Shown: positions 39,616 to 52,184, counted from the first letter of the stretch. The stretch is DNA of 64,000 nucleotides from Dicyema japonicum (GCA_011109175.1 RDEW01000006.1:1175529-1239528), one strand, 5' to 3'. Program-made: numbers and translations. The notes: generated by a model from the letters alone, not told the origin.

Positions 39616-40093
39616 AAAAAATTACTTTAATAAAGACGAAATATAAAGATTTCAATGCGATTTTCAATTTCGAGCAATAGGACGTTTTGATTATATCCTT
39701 ACAAGGGAGAAAAATGTATCTTTTTTAATAGTCGTTAAATTCATATCAACTAATGTATATGGCGTTTCTTTTGGATTAATATGGGCTTCCACTGATATAA
39801 ATCATTTTGTACATAATATAAATATTTCAAATATCGGTTTTCATAACTGCAGTAAAAAAATAAATATGCCTAAAAATAGAATTATAAAAATAAAAAATAT
39901 GAAATTCCAAATGTAGAAAACAAATGATAATAAAAAATTTACTGGAAATGGTGGCCTATAATAACCGACATTTAGATTTCGGGTGTGATTTTATAACAAA
40001 TTTAGGAACATGTCACATTTGAATATAAATCTAAAGACAACAACTCAAGATCATATAAAGAGTACTATGAAATAAAATGTAAATTATTAGAAT

Positions 40094-40500
40094 TTAAAAA
40101 CCAAAAATTAATAAAAAGATATCCTTAATTCGACTTTCCTCATATTTGTTTAAGATACGAATGGTCCCTACTAGGCGTAAGTATATGAGAAACATGCCTC
40201 GATGCACTCTCCGTACACGGTTATCTGGACCGGGAGTACCAATCTTCCATATACCGAATGAACTTTTTAGTACGTTCAGTTTCTTTTCACATCTCACAAG
40301 AATATTTTCTACGTGTGGTGACAGACTGTCACCACAAGATAAGTACTTTGGGCTGAAGGTTTCATCGGGAAGGTTCGTTCTTCCGCGAAACACATCGCAC
40401 GTGGACCAGAATGTCCCCCGAAGGAGAGGGTCTAAAGGTCTTTTTTGGAGGGCACTAGGTGCCCCTGGGCGCTTCCAAATCCTGTTGAATCTGTAAACCA
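40094..40500 (-). mobile_element. LINE RT C-terminal remnant (Jockey/CR1/I-like)
   Basis: PKYLSCGDSLSPHVENILVRCEKKLNVLK resembles KYLG..D..L.F..HV..I...C.KKL..LK. Confidence 0.55.
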
Positions 40501-40544
40501 CGTAATGCCACAATAAATTAATTAATCTGAAAACAAAAAATCAA

Positions 40545-40761
40545 TTGACGAGTGACGCCGTCATCAGTGAATACTCACTGCGGAACTGGATTTGTCTAGA
40601 AAGGACACTCACACAAGAAAAAGAAAAAAAAGAAGTGAAGATCATTCCTTGGTTCTACGATTAGTTAAAATTAACTGTTCTTTACTTAAATAAAGTGTGT
40701 GTCCTGCCTATGCGGAGCTATAAAATACTATGGCTCTCGTGAAAAAGGCTTTAAAAAAAAA
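40545..40761 (+). mobile_element. 5'-truncated copy of tRNA-derived SINE
   Basis: About 200 bp collinear with the reverse complement of 47880-48085; ends in an A-rich tail. Confidence 0.8.
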
Positions 40762-41086
40762 TCAATTAAAGTTAACGTGAAAATAAAGTGATTTATAAAT
40801 ATCAGCTCTTAATAATTAAATTTGTTTAATTTAATATTAATCACATGGCAACCATTTACTGTTGTGCAAGTTGAATCGGCCGCTTATCTCAACGTGACGT
40901 TGAAACGCACTTTCTTTTGCTGTCCACCACTGCATTTTGGAACTGACCATCTTAATTTGGACGTAAGAAATCCATTGATAAATTTAATAAACTAATCAAA
41001 ATTATTTAAGAATAAAATTATAAAAAAAATATTTAAAAGTAATACATAAATTTAAAATCGATTTACTCTAGTGGGGTTTTTAAGCA

Positions 41087-42316
41087 ATGGACAACTTCCA
41101 GAACAGTAATATAAAAAATAAGCTTTAGTATGGTTTTATCTCACCCAGTTTTTTAACCAAACAATATCGAGTCGGAGTGTTGGTTTTTTGGCAAAAAATA
41201 CGAAATCCCTTCTGGTACCATTATTATCTCACTTAAAGACAAATGCAGATTTGAAGAGGATGTCCTTTCAAAAGTCTATATCTGTTATAGAAGTGGATTT
41301 CCACCAATTGGGAGAGTTTCCAATTTTGATTTTAGCTCAGCTCACGACCGACACTGGCTGGGGTTGCATGATCCGGTGTGCACAAATGCTCTTTGCTAAT
41401 GGGATTTTAGCAATTCGGCATGAAAATAGTAATTTGTGAATTAAACAGATTTTAAATGGTTGGCGGGAAAAATGGGAGAAAATTATATGCGATGTGTGTC
41501 CATGTTTCTCGACTTTCCCAAATCGATTTTCTCGATACACAATTTTTGTATTTTGTCATTTTTGAGTAAAGGTGCTAGTATAAACAAGTCTGGCTGCAAA
41601 TTCGGGGGATCAATGGTGGCTAATATTGGAGCGTTTGCTTGATTCTGATTCAACAGGAATATAATTGCTGAATCTCCTCAGGACTTTCTGATCCTTAGTT
41701 GGAATGTTCTTTTAATGAAGAAAGAAATTGGTGGAATTTATTTTTATAATATCTAGTGAGTGCTTGTAGTGGTTCAGAGGGAGAATGGAAGCCCGCCATT
41801 TTGATTGTCAACAACCAATTATTCTCTCAGTATCTAATCCCAGATCATATTCCCAAACTGAAGGTTGGTGGTTGACTGAGTTAACAGAAAATATTGGAGG
41901 TCCCTCAATGTATTGGAATATTGAGTGGTAAACCACCGCATCATGCAATATATATAGTTGGGTACCATGGTGATAAGTTGATGTTTTACGACCCCCATTT
42001 GGTTAAGCCAGCCTGTAGGGAACCTACTAGTTTTGATGACCTCTCTTACCATACTAAGGAACTGTACTCAGTTTCGTTTACAAGGATCTTCCCTACATTC
42101 AGCTTTGTTGGTAAAATTCTTATTGAAGGGATTTCTGTGTCGGTCAGTGTCAGAGTATGAGGAGTTGATGACTGCCTTGGGTGAGATCAATAATGGGGAT
42201 AATAGCCTCTTCTATATTTCTGATGAGGATCATATACCTTCTGATGATGGGGAATATTCTCTTATGGTAGTTCTGGTGGTTCTTATTCATTAGATAGTCT
42301 TACTGATGACGATTGA
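41087..42316 (+). CDS. ATG4: Cysteine protease Atg4 (peptidase C54); start and end approximate
   Basis: CWFFGKKY, CYRSGFPPIG, TTDTGWGCMIRCAQMLFA (catalytic Cys), FSIHNF, PQCIGILSGKPPHHAIYIVGY and FYDPH (catalytic Asp/His); acidic tail DDGEYSL. Tiny introns, e.g. 41215-41238 (24 nt). A few frameshifts. Confidence 0.92.
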
Positions 42317-43299
42317 GTTTTATATTTTATTTTTTTGAATTTTAAAATGTCTGGGAGTTAATAATCCAATTGTTCTCTTGTTCCTCAATGAGACGACCCG
42401 CATTTTCCGCTTGACCTTTACAAGTTTGTGAGGCGGGGTTTATTTAGCTAACTAACTTGGCACTCTTTAAGGAGGACTTGTACGTATATCCATGCCTTCT
42501 GAGTCGATCATTTTGTATATTTACGGATGACCAAAGAGATTGCCAAAATCAATGTGGGAGACTGTCGAAGAAAGACTGTGACGTGCCTTCTATCTCCAAC
42601 TTACTGTGGATTGACCAGTTGAAAAAGAACCACGGCAGAGTGTATAGAATTTCGAGGGAAGAGGCACTGTATTTCAACTGTCCCTTAGCATTAACCAAAC
42701 TTAGTGATAACATTTGTTCATTCGTATTCTTAGAAATGATTTTTAGTTTATATTAAGCACCATTCGTGGAATAATATTCTTCTGTGCGGTCTAGCTGTAA
42801 ACCAATCCTCTCCATGTGCCTTTTTTAGCGTTTCCCTACGTACAGTTTCCAGATCTTTGATAATTAACAATTTTATTTTAGATAAGTGTCGTTGATGACA
42901 GTCGTAGGGTCTACATCTTAAAATTAAAATCTATAAGCAACAGCAAATTACTTTGAAAATCAACGAAGAATTCAATGTTCCATCGAATTTTTAATTAAAA
43001 AATTGTTCTCATACAAAACTATAGTATTTAGACCGAATAAGAATAATTTTTCAATTTCTTAAAAATTCTAATCGAATCAAAATTTCAAATTGTTTCTTAG
43101 ACTGCATGTAGGAAAACGCTCAAATTGTTATACTTTTAACGTATTTTCCATTAATTTTATAAATAAGTAAAGCATTATTATAAACATTAAAGCGTGTATT
43201 CCATTTATTTTATTTATAACTAATCTATTTTTTTAAACAGAAAAATTTTATTACACGATATTTTTTTATTCTAATACAGAAAATAATCTGTCTCATATT

Positions 43300-43455
43300 G
43301 AGCCTTTTCTGCCGCTGAGAAGGTCGAGAAGATGAAACGGAAAAAGTACGCTGTCCTACCAAGGATTTATTGTTTGTTCCACTAGCCGTTGAGACGTATG
43401 GTTCCCTTGCGCCTGCAACGCTGGAATTCTTTAGTCGTCTAGAAAATCAGATCGC
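43300..43455 (+). mobile_element. CRE-like RLE fragment
   Basis: KRKKYAVL...LFVPLAVETYGSLAPATLEFFSRL is typical of the CRE RLE C-terminus. Confidence 0.7.
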
Positions 43456-43459
43456 TTAA

Positions 43460-43960
43460 TTATTTGTTCATTTGTAATGGTGAGCCAAGTAATAAATTTT
43501 TCTGATGTCATTCAAGAATTTTTGGATGATGAATAGAAAACTCCATGTTCTTAGGGTTAAAGTTTTTCATGCAGTATGGAGATTTAAAATTCCCCACTAA
43601 TAATGGATTCAAATTTTCTTCACAAGCGCTGATTGAGAAAAGAATCGTGTCCTTATTCTCCCTTGTCTTGGTACAGTCTCAAAAAAATTTTATCCAATTT
43701 TTGAAATAAGTACTAAAGAGACATTGGCTTTTTTTCTGGGAAAATCTGTTTGAAGTGTTCCAGTATTAAATAAATTGAAATAATTTTTTTATACGTGATA
43801 CAGCGCCTAAAAAAAACTGCGAAAATTACTAAACACTTTACTAATTTTTCGTATTTATTTTACAATATCTCGTTCAGAAAACTAAGCTTACGAGCCATAA
43901 CCACACGATTGCAAAAATTACACGAGGCTTCAAAATAAATTTTTATATAATTAATTTTAA
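43460..43960 (-). mobile_element. Tigger/pogo transposase remnant
   Basis: NPLLVGNFKSPYCMKNF...TSEKFITWL parallels the DDE region of 12019-13266. Confidence 0.55.
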
Positions 43961-44049
43961 TATTAATAGCAAACATGTAAAAAAAATTTGTTTTAGTGGT
44001 GGTGTGTATGTCTGTTTTCACCAGTTTGCAAGCAAATTCCTGAGCGGTC

Positions 44050-45950
44050 GTCTTACAGAGAATATAAGAAGATAGAAACCAATTACAGGTGAGAAGTATA
44101 TCTTCAGACTACATGATGCTAATGGAACTAGCATTTGATCTCTTGTGGGAAATGTTCCGCTCATCTGCTGTCCTTCAAAGCATTAATCACTGAGATTTGA
44201 TCAGGTGACAGGATCAAGTGGATCTCAATAATTGTCAACTCTGAGAAAAAGAGATTCGGGAGAATCCCACGGGTGGATGGAGTCTCATCGTCATCAATTC
44301 AATGCTCGTTTCTCTACTTAAATAAGTTACTCGGCGTTAGAAAACTATCGAATGTAAATCAGTTTCCCGAGATGGAAGGAAACCCACACAGAAGATTCCA
44401 TATAAGTTGCTTAAAAAAGATGTTCTTACTACATTAAATGGAGTGATATCAATTGATTGTCATCATCTCCGCCAACGTACATAAATGAGATTACTAAATA
44501 ATTTATGCTGCACAATGCACATATGAGGATTTGACAAAGAAGCAGTCAGTAAAAAGCTGTGGGAAGGAAAACGTGGAGAAAAGGATTACAAAAATCAAAG
44601 AAAATTGCGCTTAGTTTATGAATTTACTGGGAAGCAGCCAAGGGAAGAAATGGAGAAAACGTTTAATGTTTTATGCACTTTTGGATAGAAGAAATCAAAC
44701 AAAAGAGGACTGAAAATGATTTCTACCCTAATTGAAAACAAAATCAAGATCATGGAGAAAAAAATCTGAATTCATGAATCAAGAAAATCTTTTAAATGGG
44801 ATAACTTTTGTTTTGAGCTGAACAATTGGAGGTTTTATCGGAGTCTCATAGATGACGTCAATAATAGTAATTGTAAAGTTACAGATGATGAGTGCGTGTC
44901 ATTTTGGAAAGATGTATTGGAAAAGGATCAGAATTATTTTCACAGAAATATTGTTAGGAGGCGAATAACAGGAGCAGAGGAGTTACCGTTAGATATGACA
45001 GTTGAGTTTATTAAGAACATTATTCACTACACCGAATTGGAAAAGCTCTGGCTGTGATGGAGTACATGGATTTTTTGTCAGGAAATTTGATTCTCTTAAT
45101 AGTTATCTGAGTGGAGAGAGTATCAAGATAGTGAGTGGTGTATATTGCCGGAAGAATGGTTCTATACTGATTACTTACCTCATTCCGAAAAAAGAATACT
45201 GGAGTTCTCCGAATGACATACGAGCAATTACGTGCATGCTTATATTGTACAAACTTGTCACAAAGTATGTTAAGACAAAAATTACGGATTATATTGAAGG
45301 GTTCAATTTTATCTCTGATAATCAACTTGGAGCAAGAAAGCAGTGCCAAGGTGCAACGACGGAGCAGGCTTTAATAAATCAGTGTGTTAATGCTGAACAT
45401 GTAAATAGCTTATTCACAACATGGATTGATGTGAAAAGGCTTTCGATTCTGTCAATCATGAATTTTTGTGTCGGGTTCTTGATAGCTCTGAAGTTCCTAA
45501 ATGGATTGTGAAGTTTATCAAGAATCTAATAAGCAAGTTGAATGTTATTTTGAACATTAACAAAAAAAAATTGGAAAGTGCAAACTCGAGAGGAATCTTG
45601 CAAAGAGACTCACTCTCTTCCCAGTTGTTTACTCTAGTAATGGACCTACTAAGCCGAATATTAAATATAAAATTCCCAAAGATATGTGTTGATCAGAGTG
45701 ATTCGTCTATTGTGACATATGCACTAACCATTTTCATTTTATTGACGACATGAAAATAATTGCCGAATATGAAGATATTATTCTAAAAATTATGGAGGAT
45801 ATTGATGAATATCTGGGTGTTGTTGGCCTTAAAAGAAACTGTGAAAAGTCTGCAACTAATCTGAAATGTGCCAAAGATAAAAGTTATCTGGATGGTTGTG
45901 AGGATATCGCTATCTTGGTATGCTAGAAGAATGTGTTGAGAGGTCTATTT
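44050..45950 (+). mobile_element. Degraded R4/Dong-like RLE LINE
   Basis: TPNWKSSGCDGVHGFFVRKF, TYLIPKK...DIRAITC, NQLGARKQCQG..EQALINQ, WIDVK, RGILQRDSLS, and NHFHFIDDMK. Confidence 0.85.
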
Positions 45951-46140
45951 CAGCTTTTATGTTTCTAAAATTGTAAATGATTAGTTTTTTGTAAAAATAA
46001 GTTTATATAAATTATTTGATTTTATTGGATATCGTATTTTTTAACATATAAATCGTCATTTACTATTTTTAAGTTAAATTAACCACAATCTAATTATTAT
46101 TCTATAGTGGTCTGATGTATAGAGATTAGCGAATTATTTA

Positions 46141-47523
46141 TGTCGTATGTCATAAGAAACCCGGGGCGTTGAACTGTCCGGGTTGAGATACAAATTATCA
46201 CTGAAAACATTAACAACCACTAAGTTTTGTATCAAAAGAAAATAGAGATAAGTTAAATCCCCAAGGAAAAGAACCGAGATATAAGGTTACCTTGTAGGAA
46301 ATCCGACAGACAAGACAATTTTATTTTCTAACAAACCCCAAAACTAATTACTGTAAAGAAACCAAAACCTGAACCAAAACTAAGGTTACTTTGTTGGAAA
46401 TCCGAAAATATTTAGGTATGCATATTATTGAGATATTTATATCTTATAACATTAAACTGATAAGGTTGAATTAAGTAATTCAAATTAAGATAAAATTTAA
46501 AATATAAAAGAAAGGATTAAAAATATGTGATAAAATTACAAATAAACTCAAATATCGATGATTCAAAGGTTTTTGATAAAGATATAACTCTTTTCTTGCT
46601 TAATCGCTTTTATTGACTCAAAATAAAATTTTTAAATTTTTAAAAAGAAATTAAAAATATTAAAAAAATATTATATAACATTCAAATTACCCTTTTCTTG
46701 CTTAATCGCTATTGACTCAAAATAAATTTTTTTGTTTTTTGAGTGAACAAGAGACCAATCCTTCGACCTCTTCTATTTTTCGACCCTTTTCTTGCTTAAT
46801 CGCTTTATTGACTCAAAATAAATTTTTTTGTTTTTTGAGTGAACAAGGGACCGATCCTTCGACCTCTTCTATTTTTCGACCCTTTTCTTGCTTAATCGCT
46901 TTATTGACTCAAAATAAATTTTTTTTGTTTTTTGAGTGAACAAGGGACCGATCCTTCGACCTCTTCTATTTTCGACCCTTTTGTTTAATCGCTTTATTGA
47001 CTCAAAATAAAATTTTTTGTTTTTTGAGTGAACAAGGGACCGATCCTTCTACCTCTTCTATTTTCGACCCTTTTCTCGTTAATCGCTTATTGACTCAAAA
47101 TAAAATTTTTTTGTTTTTTGAGTGAACAAGGAACCGATCCTTCGACCTCTTCTATTTTCGACCCTTTTCTCGTTAATCGCTTTATTGACATCAAAAATAA
47201 AATTTTTGTTTTTTGAGTGAACAAGGGACCGATCCTTCGACCTCTTCTATTTTCGACCCTTTTCTCGTTTAAATCGCTTTATTGACTCAAAATAAAATTT
47301 TTTTGTTTTTTGAGTGAACAAGGACCGATCCTTCGACCTCTTCTATTTTCGACCATTTTCTTGCTTAATCGCTTTATTGACTCAAATAAATTTTTTTGTT
47401 TTTTGAGTGAACAAGGGACAGATCTTTCGAAGCAAAACTTAGTGGTTGTTAATGTTTTCAAGTGATAAATTTGTCTTATCAACCCGGACAGTATCAACAG
47501 CCCGGACGCTATCACATACGACA
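46141..47523. mobile_element. Non-autonomous TIR DNA element (TGT...ACA, 4-bp TSD; Ginger-like) containing a tandem array
   Basis: ~90-bp inverted repeats at 46141-46229 and 47433-47523. Termini TGTCGTATG...CATACGACA. TTTA duplicated at 46137-46140 and 47524-47527. No coding capacity recognised. Confidence 0.8.
46692..47420. repeat. Tandem array, ~95-bp unit, ~7.6 copies (plus a partial unit near 46590)
   Basis: The AATCGC landmark recurs at ~46703, 46797, 46893, 46986, 47080, 47174, 47271 and 47366. Units differ mostly in homopolymer lengths. Confidence 0.95.
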
Positions 47524-47869
47524 TTTATTACCCCCAGGCTCACAATCTTTGGTGAAACTAGCACAAGTAGTCAATCTAAGGATGGAACCAAGATCTGTTT
47601 GTGTCGAATAAATGTATCCTCAATAGTCCACCATTATAGGCCTCTGCTTCTGAAGAGAGAAACATTATGTCCCTCTCATCATATGTCCTACTGTTGCGGA
47701 CATCACATAATTTTTTGGCAGAAGAGTTTCCTTAATGTCAATCTTCACAAGAGGATTTTCTCTGGATAAATTTATTTATTTAATAACCCCGAGAAGGGAA
47801 CATCGAGAAAGAAGATGAATGAAGTGATTAATAATAATACCTTTGATTTTTCGAATTAAGTAAATACTT

Positions 47870-48197
47870 ATTTTTATTTTTTAATGGCTTTTTTTCACGA
47901 GAGCCATAGTTTATAGCTCCGCATAGGCAGGACACACACTTTATTTATGTAATGAACAGTTAATTTTAAACTAATCGTAGAACCAAGGAATGATCTTCAT
48001 TTCTTTTGTCTTTTTCTTGTGTGGGTCCTTTCTAGACAATCCAGTTCCGCAGTAAGTATACTTTATTGACGACATCACTCGTCAAACCCTTTCTGCATCG
48101 TAGATGCGTGGAATCTTCCACCAGGTGAACAGCAGCGAAATTCGAATCAGTAACCTAAGCCACTTAAGCCCGAGACCTAACCACTATGCCATCCGGC
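47870..48197 (-). mobile_element. Full-length tRNA-derived SINE (~320 bp) with RTE-like 3' tail
   Basis: The minus strand starts GCCGGATGGCATAGTGGTTAG (box A) ... GATTCGAATTTC (box B), then a unique body, then the tail ATGCGGAGCTATAAACTATGGCTCTCGTGAAA, similar to the RTE 3' end at 62238-62280. Confidence 0.75.
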
Positions 48198-48763
48198 TTT
48201 AGTTTTATTATTTTTTGAAAAAAAACTTTTTTTGATTCTATAGTCTGTTGGATAGTCTATTAGTAGTCTTAAGTTAGTTTTACTTTTAAATTTGCAAAAT
48301 TATTGACAGAAGGACTATGATACGTTCAGTTCTACGTGCAGTCTTAATATTGATTTTGGACTACTCATGAAAGTGTAGGAATTATTAGAAGTTTGGACAA
48401 CTAAATTAGTTGGCTGACACTTTCTTTTTCGGTGATCGTGGAAATTTAAAAAAATATGATAGGACAACTATGATATAAGTCTAGTTCTTATATTGATCGG
48501 GAAGTTTTATAATTGGAGTAGAAAATTAAATAAAAAACTGCGTTCTGTTAAAGTTAAACGAAGACTGGCACAAAACTCAAACTATTTTTAAACACCTTAT
48601 TTTTTATAAAAAAAAATAATCTTTTATCTTTCATGGAAAAAATCCTTTTTTTCCTTATATGGGATACTCTAAATAGACTTTTACTTTTTGAAGAAGAGTT
48701 TACAACCATTTCACCAATTTTTTTTAATTTTATGGTTTTATTATCAAATGAATAAAAATTAAA

Positions 48764-49560
48764 TTAAGGCATCTGAATGGCCATGCTATTTCCCCTAACA
48801 ATAGTTAACGAGATACGTTCTCGGAACCAACCAGTCTCTCGCGGATCCTTGGTCACAGCTTGAATCATGGAGCCGATCTTACGAACCAACTCATCTGCTT
48901 GGAGGCCAAGGATTCCTGACGTTTCCACCGCGAATAGAACAAAAAGATACTCCTCCGAAATCCCAGATAAGGTTTTGTCCGTTGGCGAATGGAAAGTCGT
49001 CATCCCATCAGGGCGTTTTCCATCGTTTCGGAAAAGACCAGCAGGTTCTAACAGGCAATGGTGTCTAGCAGAGGCAAGAGAATTCTTTAATGTCATGTTA
49101 AGACAGGAGTGCCTGGGGAAACGACCCGCACTCATCTTGCATGACAAGGGATGATAACCAAAAAAATCGATCCAGCGTCCACAGCGGCATTTTCTTTCGG
49201 CACACAATTTAAGACCAAGACGAAGCGAGGTAGTTATTCTCACAGCCTCATCATCCAACAGGTTTCCAATTTCGGCAGATGGATAAGCGTTATCCAGGCC
49301 CCCGTCGAGTGACAACTGGCTGTTTTGAGGCAGGCTAGCCTTCTACATCTTCCGTCTTTTCAAGGGACTCTTTCTTCTTTTCGAAGACACAAAACAAATA
49401 GGACTTTTGCTTATCACAATTGGCCGGTGGATTCAGGTACAAATTCATCCATTCATCCCAGGCTCCCGACGGCGTCAGCGGTACGCCAATTGACTTTTCA
49501 GCCAATCGGACAATTTCCTTTTGTGTTAATTGTATATAGAAATTTTAATTAAATAAATCG
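48764..49560 (-). mobile_element. CRE-clade non-LTR retrotransposon 3' region (zinc knuckle plus RLE)
   Basis: LLDDEAVRITTSLRLGLKLC...CRCG...HPLSC..SAGRFPRHS.LN...EPAGLFRNDGKRPDG...FAVETSG...ISLTIVRGNS. Confidence 0.88.
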
Positions 49561-49799
49561 ATAATTAACTAATATAATCATAAAATACTTACAAAGATAG
49601 CTTTACTAAATCCCATATAAATATTGGTGTCCATAAATTTAGCCGACAGACACTAGGCCGACAGAAATTTGGCCTACAGGAAATTTAGCACAAATCACTA
49701 AGAAATATCGCATACTTTTTATTTGCACATTGTTTTAAAATTCAAGATGAAAGCATCAAATAAAACGAGTTAAAAAGTTACATCAATACTCATTGTTCT

Positions 49800-50200
49800 G
49801 TAGGTAAAACAGCTAAGATTTCTTAAGGTTATGAGTACACATTAGTTCATCGCACTGATTGTCTCAATATTTCACAAAGGGAGTTAGCATATTCAATAAT
49901 TTGCCTTGACAAATGCCGGTCCTAATTTTACTTTAAATCAGCAGTCGATTTAATGTGGCGTATTTTCTTAGTCCCTCTTTATTCTCGTACTGTTATGCAT
50001 ACTACTTGAATACCTCTTATAATATCTTATTTATATTCTAATAATATTCAGAAATTTCATCAAAGGCTTCTCGAAGCACTCATGTATAAGTTCCTCCAGC
50101 TGTTATATTTTTTCAGTACATGTTAATATTTGGATATCTTGAGGGTTTCTTCTACCATTTTTTGGAGTTTCGGGTTTCAAGTTCTCGCACGTATTTTTTA
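49800..50200 (-). mobile_element. R4/Dong-like RT remnant
   Basis: KIRTGICQGKLL resembles the RT 'IRRGIYQGDSLSP' motif; heavily degraded. Confidence 0.4.
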
Positions 50201-52184
50201 AATGTTAAGCATTTGTAGTGAAATTTTGGAGACATAACTATAGTTAAATAATGGACTCACTCGTGGAGGGTTGGTTCATGTATGCTAATTAGGATGTTTC
50301 CATTCCTGCCTTAGTTAGTAAGCACGTAATTAGTCCAGTGTAAAATGAAGGAGTGGTTTGTTAGTGACAGAAACCGACCATGTAGTTTACATTTAACAAT
50401 AATAAATGAATAAATTTATTTGTTTTCTATTTTAAATAAATTAAAAAAATAAATTATTAAAGTTTGTTGATAAGCCACTCTTCTGAAGATCGCAGAAAGG
50501 TAGGGAAAGTCGAACGGTTCTCTTTCATGCAGAACTTGCACTGAGCGTCACCACAACAACAGGTGAACCGCTTGACGCCACGTTATAAATTTTGATTAAA
50601 GTTTGTAAATTATTCCAAATTTTTATTTGGTATCGAGATCACATAATCAGTCGGATGACTTACTATTTTTATGTTTTGGGGTTAAATAAATTAAAATTTC
50701 AATGTCAGTTATAACATATCTTAAGAGTTTTATCTAAATGAGTTCAACTGTTTTCTACTTAGTCAAATTGATCTAATTCGCTCCTGTATTTTTCCATGGA
50801 GTCTATAATTTTGTTTCAATTAGGTGTTTTATTTTTGTACTGTAATTCACAATTACAATCTGTTATCGTTATTAATGGAGGTAGTAATCAGTAGCATATG
50901 CCCTCTTTATTAGAGGTAGACATAACCCCTCCTTCTTTTGCTGATATTTACAAGTTGATGTAGCCTCTTGTTCCTCTTTTGCTATTGTAGGTAAATTACA
51001 TGATATCCAGTTATCACAGTCTGACTGAGATTTAAGCTATAATGTGTATTAAATGATCCTTTCAAAGCATCGCGTCCATCTATATCCCTCATTTTTAGAA
51101 CCCTTCCAATGGGTTCGTGATGACAATTACCATTAAATATAATATAAATTTAAGAGTTCTCTGAAATTTCTCTAAATTTTATAGTTTCCATGTTTATTTA
51201 GTTAAGAACTTTGAGTTTAAAGTGTCTCCTGAATCCAAGAAGAGCTTTGATCCATGATGAAGCCATATAGAAATAAATGCAATAGAATGCATTACCACCT
51301 CGACCTTCTGACTATTTAACTACCTTCTTCAGAATCGATGCTCCCAAAGAGCCATCGGACTTGCATTTCTACGGCGTTGATGCAGTATATCTCTGGATGG
51401 AGAAGAGAAATTCGAGGTCTCTTTGCTTCCATGGACAACCAGAACTCAACGTGATAGTGTTCCAGGCAAATGCGGTGGTATCCAGGAAAATGCAGGGTGG
51501 GTGAGGAAGAGTAAGTCTGCAATCTTTAAGTTTTGCTTGTTTATGAAAGAACTCAGTTCAAGAATTTTGTTTTTTGATTATGTTGCTGTTCTTGTAAAAA
51601 TTGAGAACAAGGGGTCGAACTAGGTTCTATATCACCGGTGAGGATTTTTAATATCCCATTCAGCAGATGCGAATTAAGAAGGGAAAATGTCCGTCGTCCA
51701 TAGAGTCCTTCTACCGATGAGAGTAGCTACTGGTCATCTTCGATTTGCACTACATGCACCCTGAGGGCCTCAGAACATAGACCGCATGATGCCACGTTTA
51801 ATTTAATTTAATAGTTAATTACTCTTTTGCGTAGCCATAAAAAGGTTCATTTGAGCTATGATTGCATCTATCCTTGATATGCAATCTTATTTTTCCCTTA
51901 TTCTATCGCCACAATTAAATCGAATCTTTCTCAAAAGAGCATCAACTTGCCAAGTGAAAAGTCTTTAATATCAATAATTTATGTGATTACAAATTCATTA
52001 TTATAAAAAAAGAATAAACAATCGCTCCATGTTGGGCAAGATAAAGAATATATCAGAGATCATAGGTGATTAGCACGTTTCAATCGTTAGAGATTCATCA
52101 CCGCATCCATCTCTGGCAAACTAACTATTTCAAAATATATAATCCTAAATATGAAATAATTCAAGTCATTATTATAATATAATA

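Noticed and set aside
46692-47420. Regular repeat array as a CRISPR locus
   Set aside because: Units are contiguous and near-identical with no unique spacers; eukaryotic context; no cas genes.
40545-48085. ~200-bp inverted pair flanking Atg4 as the TIRs of a gene-capturing (Pack-type) element
   Set aside because: No TSD. The right copy continues into a tRNA-like head, so these are two SINE copies in opposite orientation.
48125-48197. Functional tRNA gene
   Set aside because: Boxes A and B are present but there is no acceptor-stem pairing or clean cloverleaf, and the sequence continues into a repeat body. It is a SINE head.
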